From NCBI GenBank assembly GCA_964351545.1, contig CAYGOJ010000002.1, positions 1-52,073 of the forward strand: 52,073 bases of DNA. Reading direction: 5' to 3'. Made by a program: the position numbers and the translations under genes. The notes beneath the pieces are model-generated. The model ran no database searches, was not told the origin of the DNA, and worked only from the letters and a program-made list of their open reading frames with translations. The first letter of the stretch is position 1. Each line of letters starts with the position of its first letter. The DNA is from an uncultured Acidimicrobium sp. Its GTDB lineage: Bacteria > Actinomycetota > Acidimicrobiia > Acidimicrobiales > Ilumatobacteraceae. Positions 45,165-52,073 of the stretch are shown piece by piece.

Positions 45165-46415
45165 ATGATCACATATACCCCCGAAGTCGAAATATTTCGA
45201 TCCGAGGTTCGCCTTTGGTTAGAAGCCAATTTGCCCGAGGGTTGGTTCGACGAAGGCTTTGAAATGTCGCCGGCCGATCGAAAGCTGTTCAATGAGCAAT
45301 GGCCAGAGCGTCTCTTCGGTGGCGGATGGATCTGTGCCACATGGCCAAAGGAGTACGGCGGAAAGGGTCTGTCCGTTCTTGAAGGCGTTGTTCTTTCGGA
45401 AGAATTTGCCCGCGCCAGGGCGCCGATGAGGGCCGACTTCTTCGGCGACACACTCGTAGGTCCAACACTTTTGCAATGGGGAACCGAGGAACAGAAAAGG
45501 GAATTTCTGCCCCAAATTTTGAGTGGGAAGATGAGTTGGTGTCAGGGTTTTAGCGAACCCAATAGCGGGAGCGACTTGGCAAGCTTGGCGACGACTGCGG
45601 TGTTGGACGGTGGCGAATGGTTGATCAACGGTCAAAAGGTGTGGACGACTCGAGGGCATCATGCAGATTTTTGCTTTTTGCTGACACGAACAGATCCGGA
45701 TGCACCCAAGCACAAAGGCATCTCGTATTTGTTGGTTCCAATGCGACAGGCGGGGGTCGAGGTTCGGGGCATCGTCCAGCCAGATGGAACCGCAGAGTTT
45801 TGCGAGGTGTTTTTTACCGACGCGCGATGTCCAAAGGACAATGTTGTGGGCGGGGTAAATAACGGCTGGAAAGTTGCCAACAGCACGCTCACGTTCGAAC
45901 GCGGCATGACCGCTACGACCGGATACCGACGATTTGAAGAAGAATTCAACAAAATGGTGGTGGCGGCTTCAGCCAACGGGAAAATACTCGATGCAACAAT
46001 TCGTCAACGGTTGATGCGGTATTACTCACAGATTCAAATACTGCGGTTCAATGGACTTCGTTCACTTGGGGCAACGCTTGCCAACAGAAAGGATTTGGGA
46101 GTCGCGTCCCTGGGAGCAACAAACAAGATGTATTGGAGCGAAATGCATCAGCGGGCAATGGAACTTGCGCTCGACATTTTTGGTGCGCCATCCATGCTCA
46201 TTGATGCTGGGCCGAGCGACGGAAGTTGGCCGGGGGTAACTCGCGATCGGCGCCGAGTCGGATATCCTACGAGTTCGATGATGTCAACATTCTTCTTCTC
46301 GCGGTCAGAGACAATTTGGGGCGGCACAAGTCAGATCCAGCGCAATATCGTGGGCGAACGCGTACTCGGTCTGCCCAAGGAGCCTCGACCTGCCAACGAG
46401 GAAGCAAAGTCATAA
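45165..46415 (+). CDS. acyl-CoA dehydrogenase family protein
   Basis: 416 aa. ACAD N/M/C domain pattern (GFSEPNSGSDLASL, ...GGTSQIQRNIVGERVLGLP). Confidence 0.88.
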   Translation: MITYTPEVEIFRSEVRLWLEANLPEGWFDEGFEMSPADRKLFNEQWPERLFGGGWICATWPKEYGGKGLSVLEGVVLSEEFARARAPMRADFFGDTLVGPTLLQWGTEEQKREFLPQILSGKMSWCQGFSEPNSGSDLASLATTAVLDGGEWLINGQKVWTTRGHHADFCFLLTRTDPDAPKHKGISYLLVPMRQAGVEVRGIVQPDGTAEFCEVFFTDARCPKDNVVGGVNNGWKVANSTLTFERGMTATTGYRRFEEEFNKMVVAASANGKILDATIRQRLMRYYSQIQILRFNGLRSLGATLANRKDLGVASLGATNKMYWSEMHQRAMELALDIFGAPSMLIDAGPSDGSWPGVTRDRRRVGYPTSSMMSTFFFSRSETIWGGTSQIQRNIVGERVLGLPKEPRPANEEAKS

Positions 46416-46738
46416 TGTCGTTTCAGGCGGCCATTCGTTCTGGCTTTCAAAACTTTGCCAATTTCAAAGGGAGGGCTTCGAGACCCGCTTACTGGTGGTG
46501 GTTTTTGTTTAGCGTGATCGTTCAACTGGGTGCTTCGTCCCTCAGCGACTCGTTATCGCTAATTGTTTCGCTTGCCTTGATCATTCCATCGCTTTCGCTG
46601 AGTTGGCGACGAATGCATGACTCCGGCCACAATGGCTGGTGGACAATTTGTCCGATCGTCAACCTCGTGTTTGCACTTACACCAAGTCAATTATCTGCAA
46701 ATGAATACGGACCGCCACCACCGCCACGATCTCTCTAG
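46415..46738 (+). CDS. DUF805 family inner-membrane protein
   Basis: ATG 46415 overlaps the ACAD stop (TAATG). FKGRASRPAYWWWFLF and RRMHDSGHNGWW motifs. The longer ORF from 46226 is rejected. Confidence 0.8.
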   Translation: MSFQAAIRSGFQNFANFKGRASRPAYWWWFLFSVIVQLGASSLSDSLSLIVSLALIIPSLSLSWRRMHDSGHNGWWTICPIVNLVFALTPSQLSANEYGPPPPPRSL

Positions 46739-46757
46739 TAGCCAATCTGCCGAGTTT

Positions 46758-47201
46758 TTAGTGATAATCCGGAACCCGGCGCTCGTAAACCTGCGATAGG
46801 AGCGGTGAGGAAATGATGAAATCGGCACTGGCTCGGTTACAGGCCACGGGGATGTTCCAGACGGCGGCGATTCGAAGCAGAGCTTTGATGTCGGGGTCAT
46901 GTGGTTGGGGTTCTAGTGGGTCCCAAAAGAACATCAGAATGTCGATTTCACCTTCGGCTATTCGAGCGCCCAACTGCTGATCGCCGCCAAGGGGGCCTCT
47001 ACGAAGTTGCTCCACCGTTAATCCGGTATGTTCCTGGACCATTCGTCCGGTGTTGCCGGTTCCAATAAGCGTGTGTCGGCTTAATTCGGATTTGTGTTCT
47101 GCGGACCACTCCAACATTTCATCTTTCATGTTGTCGTGGGCCACGAGAGCGATTCGTTTGACGGCCGGGCTTTGAATATTGGTCATAGTCACAGTGGGCA
47201 T
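46758..47201 (-). CDS. mgsA: methylglyoxal synthase
   Basis: 147 aa. [16 protein letters not shown] and [17 protein letters not shown] motifs. Confidence 0.92.
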   Translation of the reverse strand: MPTVTMTNIQSPAVKRIALVAHDNMKDEMLEWSAEHKSELSRHTLIGTGNTGRMVQEHTGLTVEQLRRGPLGGDQQLGARIAEGEIDILMFFWDPLEPQPHDPDIKALLRIAAVWNIPVACNRASADFIISSPLLSQVYERRVPDYH

Positions 47202-47245
47202 GCTTTAAGTGTGGCAGGTTTGACAAATCAACTAGATTCAGCCAT

Positions 47246-47746
47246 ATGACTACATCATCGACCGTACGCAATGAACTTGTTGTGGCCTCGCCGGTAGGCA
47301 AGCTTCGATTAGCGGCATCTCGAGATGGGTTACTGAGCATTGATGTAGGTAAGGCGGCTGCCTCGCATCGGGCCACGGCCAAGGATTCTTCGGCACAACG
47401 AGTTTTGGCTACAACTCGTAAACAACTCGCCGAATACTTTTCCGGCAGACGAACTTCGTTTACAGTTCCGTTGGACTTACGTGGAACTGAGTTTCAAATT
47501 GAGTCGTGGAAAGCACTTGAGCAAATTCCGTATGGCAAGACAATCTCATATGGTGAGCAGGCTCAAAGTATTGGTAACCCAAAGGCTTGTCGAGCGGTCG
47601 GATCGGCAAACGGAAAGAACCCGATACCAATCATTGTGCCTTGCCATCGGGTCGTATCTGCCGACGGTTCATTGGGTGGATACGCGCTCGGATTGAAAAT
47701 GAAAAAACAGTTGCTTAATCTCGAGGAAAGCCGTCGAAAGAAGTAG
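47246..47746 (+). CDS. ogt: methylated-DNA-protein-cysteine methyltransferase
   Basis: 166 aa. Active site IPCHRVV and helix YGEQAQSIGNPKACRAVG. Confidence 0.92.
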   Translation: MTTSSTVRNELVVASPVGKLRLAASRDGLLSIDVGKAAASHRATAKDSSAQRVLATTRKQLAEYFSGRRTSFTVPLDLRGTEFQIESWKALEQIPYGKTISYGEQAQSIGNPKACRAVGSANGKNPIPIIVPCHRVVSADGSLGGYALGLKMKKQLLNLEESRRKK

Positions 47747-47750
47747 AGAA

Positions 47751-48470
47751 TTAGTGTGGCTGGGTGAAGCCAAAACACTCGCGCAGATGGTCGTCGCGCA
47801 ATACATCCTTCGGTGGGCCGACCGCCACCACTCGTTGCGCCAATAACATCACGATGTTGGCGTTATCGGCGTCCGAAATTTCGTGCGTTGCCATGACCAC
47901 GGTTACCCCACGCGAACGCTCCTGAGAAATCAGATTGGCCACGGCGCCACGACCATTCACATCCAGTCCGGCGGTGGGTTCATCGAGTAGTAACACCTCC
48001 GCCCGACGAGCGAGGACTTGGGCGAGATGCGTGCGCTGTTGTTGACCGCCGGATAGAGACCGCAGCGGCAATTTGGCGAAATCATGAACTCCCGTTCTGA
48101 TCATCGACTCGTCAATAATGACTTGATCGGCTCGCGTACTTCGCTTGAGTAGTCCGAGGTTGGCGAAGCGACCCATCCCGACGACATCCTCCGCTCGAAG
48201 TGGCAAAGTGTGCGACGAAACTGGATGCTGCGGCAGAAATGCAACTCGAGAAGGTAGTGCGCCTGGATTTTGGCCAAGAATTGAGACTTTTCCAGAAAGT
48301 GGCGCGAGCATTCCGGCAAGTGTCTTGAGCAGTGTCGACTTACCAGAGCCATTAGTGCCAATCAGCACCATGAGATTTCCCGGAATCAGATCAAAGGTCA
48401 TATGGCCAACGACTTGACGACGGTCGTATCCAACCGACAGCGACTGGGTGGTGATGGTGCTGTCTGTCAT
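47751..48470 (-). CDS. znuC: metal (Zn/Mn-type) ABC transporter ATP-binding protein
   Basis: Walker A GTNGSGKST, signature LSGGQQQR, Walker B LLLDEPTAGLD. Confidence 0.85.
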   Translation of the reverse strand: MTDSTITTQSLSVGYDRRQVVGHMTFDLIPGNLMVLIGTNGSGKSTLLKTLAGMLAPLSGKVSILGQNPGALPSRVAFLPQHPVSSHTLPLRAEDVVGMGRFANLGLLKRSTRADQVIIDESMIRTGVHDFAKLPLRSLSGGQQQRTHLAQVLARRAEVLLLDEPTAGLDVNGRGAVANLISQERSRGVTVVMATHEISDADNANIVMLLAQRVVAVGPPKDVLRDDHLRECFGFTQPH

Positions 48471-49348
48471 ATGTGCATGTGAGTGTGCTGATGGGGAAGT
48501 TCGTCATCCGATTGAATGGCACGCCGCAACGTGGATCGAAATTCGCGTATCGCCGCGGTGAGTGCAAATAGAACGACTGCGCTCAAGACGATGCTTGCGC
48601 CGGCGGCCAAGTCGGCATGAAAACTAATGAGTAGGCCGACGTAGGTGGAGATACTGCCGCAAACCGCGGCAACGATGATCATTGTCGAAAGTCGGCGAGA
48701 GACCAGGGCCCCGGTGGCGGACGGGGCAATGAGCATTCCGAGCACAAGCAAGGTGCCGACGGTCTGAAAGCTGGCCACAATTGTTATCGCCACGAGCGTG
48801 AGCATGATGGCATGAAACTTGCGGACTGAAAACCCTGATGATTCCGTCAGTCCCTCATCTACGCAAAGTAGTAGAAACGGTCGGCGGCACACCCACGCGG
48901 TAATGGCAACAGATACGAATGCCGCGGTCTGCCAAGCAAGTTGTGACCACGACACACCGAGCAATTCGCCAAAGAGAATTCGGGTGAGGTCTCCCGAAAA
49001 TGACTGCGACCGCGAAGTGATCATGACGCCGAGCGCGAGCATGCCGACAAATAAGAGCCCGACCGAGGTGTCGCCAGTGAGGCGCAATTTTCGGGTAACG
49101 ACGTTGACGCCACCCATCATCACGGCCGCTCCGACCATGGCTCCGAACACGCCCGAAACTCCGAGAATCAGGGCTGTTGCGATGCCCGGCAACACCCCGT
49201 GGGCGAGCGCGTCACCAATAAATGCAAGACCACGCAGCACGACAAATGTTCCGGCAACGGCACATATCAGCGACACGAGAACTCCGGCGTACAGGGCATG
49301 GCGCAGGAACTCATTGTCAAAGAATGGTTGCAGAAAGAAGTTCATCAT
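48467..49348 (-). CDS. znuB: metal ABC transporter permease (ABC-3 family)
   Basis: 293 aa, multi-TM, with the ABC-3-type DALAHGVLPG motif. ATGA overlap with the ATPase gene. Confidence 0.85.
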   Translation of the reverse strand: MMNFFLQPFFDNEFLRHALYAGVLVSLICAVAGTFVVLRGLAFIGDALAHGVLPGIATALILGVSGVFGAMVGAAVMMGGVNVVTRKLRLTGDTSVGLLFVGMLALGVMITSRSQSFSGDLTRILFGELLGVSWSQLAWQTAAFVSVAITAWVCRRPFLLLCVDEGLTESSGFSVRKFHAIMLTLVAITIVASFQTVGTLLVLGMLIAPSATGALVSRRLSTMIIVAAVCGSISTYVGLLISFHADLAAGASIVLSAVVLFALTAAIREFRSTLRRAIQSDDELPHQHTHMHI

Positions 49349-49354
49349 GTCGTG

Positions 49355-50209
49355 TTAGTTAAGTGCCTCGACAATTCGATTTGAGATTCGCAGGATGAAT
49401 TCCCTGTAGTGATCGCCGCCTTCGAGCCTATGAGTGGAAAGAACTACGAATTCGACGCCTAGCTCCCGCGCAAGTTGTTTGGCCACTTGCGACGGTGCTC
49501 CAGCGTCGACAAAAATTGCACGTACTCCGGTGGCAGAGGCGAGTTGTTTCAATTCGGCAACTTGTCCGGCGGTTGCCTCGGCCGATGTGGACAGTCCTGG
49601 AATGATCGCGCCGATAACGGTGCAGCCGTATCGCGCCGCAAAGTATCCCATCTCATCGTGACCCGTGACAAGCGTGCAATTTCTGATACTCGAAACAATT
49701 CTTGCAGCTTCAGAATTTAGATCGGTCAGATCTTGTTGCAATTGGATCGCCCGAGTAGTTAGATCTGCATTAAGTCTCGCACCTAGCTCCGCTGCTAGCT
49801 CCGGAATTGCTTGATACATTGACATTGGATCTAGCCACAGATGTGGATCAATTGTTTTGGTTCCATCGACCGTCAGGCTCCTTGTTCTGAGATGGTCAAC
49901 CATCGTGAACATGCCAACGCCCATGTGATTCGCTTGTTCAAGGATGCCAACCAGACGCTCTTCGAGATTGGCGCCATTGACGACGATGAGCGTCGCGTTG
50001 TTGATTGTCTCTACATTTTTTGCCGATGGTTCGAATTCATGGGGATCGACCCCATTTGGAATGATCACCTTCACCTCGGCGGCGTCACCAACAAGTTGAG
50101 ATACGACATCCCCGAGCACGCTGTAGGAGACCACGACGGTGGGGCGGTCGGACAAACTGGAGCTCGAGCAACCGGTAATGGCGATCGCGGCGACCGAAAC
50201 GATCACCAA
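49355..50209 (-). CDS. znuA: metal ABC transporter substrate-binding lipoprotein (cluster A-I, ZnuA/TroA-like)
   Basis: TTG start; lipobox AITGC|SSS. Ligand motifs DPHEFEPS, DPHLWLDP and GHDEMGYF. A His at the third ligand position favours Zn over Mn. Confidence 0.8.
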   Translation of the reverse strand: MVIVSVAAIAITGCSSSSLSDRPTVVVSYSVLGDVVSQLVGDAAEVKVIIPNGVDPHEFEPSAKNVETINNATLIVVNGANLEERLVGILEQANHMGVGMFTMVDHLRTRSLTVDGTKTIDPHLWLDPMSMYQAIPELAAELGARLNADLTTRAIQLQQDLTDLNSEAARIVSSIRNCTLVTGHDEMGYFAARYGCTVIGAIIPGLSTSAEATAGQVAELKQLASATGVRAIFVDAGAPSQVAKQLARELGVEFVVLSTHRLEGGDHYREFILRISNRIVEALN

Positions 50210-50249
50210 ACTTCTTAGAGTTAATTTCGTTGTTTCAAGCTAGCAATAA

Positions 50250-50264
50250 TGAGAATGATTCCCA
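50250..50264. promoter_or_regulatory. Zur-box-like 7-1-7 palindrome overlapping the znuA promoter
   Basis: TGAGAAT-G-ATTCCCA; on the minus strand TGGGAATCATTCTCA, versus the actinobacterial Zur consensus TGAAAATnATTTTCA. It overlaps minus-strand -35 TTGGGA (50260-50265). The -10 TAGCTT is at 50237-50242 with a 17-nt spacer. Confidence 0.55.
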
Positions 50265-50304
50265 ACTTTGACTTTGCTCTGTGACGGATTATTTCCTCTC
50301 CAAA

Positions 50305-50958
50305 CTACGAAGTTGCTACGGTTTGGACCAAGGCTGTCAGCTCGTCCTTGGGGACGATTCCGCTCATCCGTCGTACTACCTTGCCTTCGGCATCCAACAA
50401 TACGAAAAAAGGATATGCCGACAAACCGAAGGCTTGGCCGGCTGTTCTTTCTTGGTCGTCCGCCATAACCGGCCAAAGCACCGGGAAGTTTTCCCGTGCC
50501 AGCCAAGCCGATGGCGGGTAATTGGGTTTCGCAGAATCAGTTGCCGTGGCGATAGCAATGACATCTACGCCAAGGGGCATGTCGCCCGATTCCTCCCACT
50601 CCACAAGCAACGGAACTTCCTCTTGGCAGAATGGGCACCAGTGGGCAAGAAACACTAAAAGCGTCGGTGTACCAGGGGTAGTCGTCACGATATTTCCAGC
50701 AAAGCCCTTGCCGGTAAGCACGGGTGCCACGACTCCGACAGCAGAATCGGCGACATCTGCGTTATGAGGCGGAAGAACATCGCCCGTCACTGTGACGGCA
50801 GAAAATTCAGACGATACTCCTGGTGCACTTCCGGTGTCGGAAGAAGATGTGACCGACACGATCGCTGCAACGGCGATTACCCCAACGATGATCGCGCCGA
50901 TGGTCCAGACGGCCCTGCCCGATGCTCCGCCACGATTCCTTTTGGTTCGAGTGCTCAT
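50305..50958 (-). CDS. membrane-anchored thioredoxin-fold thiol:disulfide oxidoreductase (TlpA/DsbE-like)
   Basis: 217 aa. N-terminal TM and active site HWCPFCQ. It overlaps the upstream dsbB-like gene by 4 nt. Confidence 0.82.
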   Translation of the reverse strand: MSTRTKRNRGGASGRAVWTIGAIIVGVIAVAAIVSVTSSSDTGSAPGVSSEFSAVTVTGDVLPPHNADVADSAVGVVAPVLTGKGFAGNIVTTTPGTPTLLVFLAHWCPFCQEEVPLLVEWEESGDMPLGVDVIAIATATDSAKPNYPPSAWLARENFPVLWPVMADDQERTAGQAFGLSAYPFFVLLDAEGKVVRRMSGIVPKDELTALVQTVATS

Positions 50959-51503
50959 TGATACTCCAGTGTTGTCGTTGGATGTGGAATTGTGGTGAAA
51001 ACTATGACGGCCAGAAACCCCGTGAACGCCATGAACGGTAATGTGACGAATCCAAAATTCTCAAACCATACAAATTCGCACGGAACTGTCACCTCGCATG
51101 CACCGGAATCGAGATTGGGAAACCGTTCTAATAGCCAATGATAGATCGATATCGACCCGCCAATGGCGGCGAGTGGGGCGGCATACCAGCCGATTTTCGA
51201 ATCACGCCGCACCGCGGCGATGATGAGAATGACCGCCAGTGGGTACATCATGATTCGCTGATACCAACACAAGCGGCATGGCACATAATTCACGATTTCC
51301 GAGAAATACAAACTTCCCAGCATGCAGGTTGTGGCAATTGCTGCTGCCAGCGGGCGAGCGAGCGGCGAAAATGCGTCGATCGTTGAAGTTGCCCACCGAA
51401 TTGAACTTCGATACAGCACCCGAGCCACCAAAATGATGACTGCCCCAATCAGGGTGGCCACACTGAGGATGGCGAAGAATAGTTCGAACGTTGTATTGGT
51501 CAT
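50955..51503 (-). CDS. disulfide bond formation protein B (BdbC-type DsbB)
   Basis: Preferred start is ATG 51503. GSLYFSEIVNYVPCRLCWYQRIMMYP motif, four TMs and a second Cys pair (CEVTVPC). Confidence 0.82.
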   Translation of the reverse strand: MTNTTFELFFAILSVATLIGAVIILVARVLYRSSIRWATSTIDAFSPLARPLAAAIATTCMLGSLYFSEIVNYVPCRLCWYQRIMMYPLAVILIIAAVRRDSKIGWYAAPLAAIGGSISIYHWLLERFPNLDSGACEVTVPCEFVWFENFGFVTLPFMAFTGFLAVIVFTTIPHPTTTLEYQ

Positions 51504-51548
51504 GACAAATACAAAGTGTAGGGGCGCCGGGTAAGGCAGAATGGTCGG

Positions 51549-52010
51549 ATGACATCGATTAAGGAACAACTCAAGGTCGACCTGACTGCGGCAATGCGGT
51601 CCCGTCAGGAAGTTGTTACATCGACTTTGCGAATGGTGTTGGCGGCAGTTATGAATGCTGAGGTGGCAGGTGACTCGGCCAAGGTGTTGTCCGACGAGCA
51701 GGTCCTGGAGGTTCTTCGCGCCGAACTCAAGAAACGAGTTGAGTCGGCGGAGATTTACGAAGGCGCTGGCCGGACCGAAGCGGCATTGAGCGAGCGAGCC
51801 GAGGCCGCAATTGTTGAAAGGTATTTGCCCGCGGCGATGGCCGATGACGAACTTGGCGCAATTGTCGCCGAGGAAGTGGCCAACGCGGTGGCATCCGGTG
51901 CCACCGGTGGGAAGGCAATGGGCGCGGTAGTTAAGGCCGTGCGTGCTCGGGTCGGGGCGCGGGCCGACGGGGCAAAGATTGCTTCATTGGTGAAGGATGC
52001 CCTCGGTTGA
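51549..52010 (+). CDS. GatB/YqeY domain-containing protein
   Basis: 153 aa. IKEQLKVDLTAAMRSR...KRVESAEIY...YLP pattern of the YqeY family. Confidence 0.85.
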   Translation: MTSIKEQLKVDLTAAMRSRQEVVTSTLRMVLAAVMNAEVAGDSAKVLSDEQVLEVLRAELKKRVESAEIYEGAGRTEAALSERAEAAIVERYLPAAMADDELGAIVAEEVANAVASGATGGKAMGAVVKAVRARVGARADGAKIASLVKDALG

Positions 52011-52019
52011 GTTTTAGCG

Positions 52020-52073
52020 CGCCCTCGGCAGGACTTGAACCTGCGACCTACGGTTCCGGAAACCGGCGCTCTA
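52020..52073 (-). tRNA. tRNA-Arg (anticodon CCG), 3' portion only; the 5' part lies beyond the window end
   Basis: The reverse complement gives an anticodon stem-loop CCGGT-TTCCGGA-ACCGT (anticodon CCG, G37), variable loop AGGTC, T-arm GCAGG-TTCAAGT-CCTGC, acceptor CGAGGGC and discriminator G. No CCA is encoded. Confidence 0.8.

Noticed and set aside
50207-50239. The znuA signal peptide lacks a basic n-region if translation starts at TTG 50209. The in-frame upstream sequence (TKLTLRS) would supply one.
   Set aside because: There is no ATG, GTG or TTG codon in that upstream stretch before the in-frame stop at 50240-50242. I therefore keep TTG 50209, or GTG 50206.

Overview
This is a 52-kb chromosomal window from a compact, mid-GC Actinomycetota genome. 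The lineage markers are WhiB1 next to PdtaS, DUF3107, a DUF3099-like protein and the SCO1664-family operon. An aquatic Acidimicrobiia-like lineage is my guess and cannot be proven from the sequence. Coding density is very high. Many genes are coupled by ATGA/GTGA/TAATG overlaps, and six convergent pairs abut or overlap at their 3' ends.

Content from left to right:
1. A reductive pyrimidine/hydantoin catabolism island (about 1-9.4 kb). It holds an amidase fragment, dihydropyrimidinase, mmsA, a luciferase-like oxidoreductase, a NitT/TauT-type ABC importer with an NMT1-like lipoprotein, and a class-III aminotransferase.
2. HNH and NUDIX genes, amt-glnK and a CapA-like lipoprotein.
3. An accessory-looking block: haloalkane dehalogenase, TetR, Cys-type arylsulfatase, DinB-fold protein, FAH hydrolase and three unassigned proteins, two of them exported.
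4. helD, a DtxR-family regulator and an enoyl-CoA hydratase.
5. A complete System I cytochrome c maturation operon, ccmABCDEFGHI. It includes a 44-codon ccmD that is missing from the ORF track.
6. A SixA-like phosphatase, a small molybdopterin oxidoreductase, a Cys-rich wHTH regulator divergent from mrp/apbC, DUF3107, pdtaS and whiB1.
7. A GDPD phosphodiesterase, a DAG-kinase-like lipid kinase and etfBA.
8. A four-gene operon: phosphomutase-like, DUF3090, PI3/4-kinase-like (SCO1664 family) and an unassigned 342-aa protein.
9. udgB, an FrhB-like F420/FeS protein, an acyl-CoA dehydrogenase, DUF805, mgsA and ogt.
10. A znuACB-like operon with a Zur-box-like palindrome, a DsbB/thioredoxin-fold pair, yqeY and a partial tRNA-Arg(CCG).

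I saw no rRNA, CRISPR array, transposase, integrase or phage genes.

The best candidates for undescribed biology are:
- the kinase/DUF3090/phosphomutase(+1) operon;
- the LLM oxidoreductase embedded in the pyrimidine island, a possible non-canonical dihydropyrimidine dehydrogenase;
- the System I Ccm machinery in an actinobacterial background;
- the stand-alone FrhB-like protein;
- the exported protein pair at 19.5-21 kb.

All family assignments come from motif recognition by eye. Family accession numbers are from memory and need HMM confirmation.
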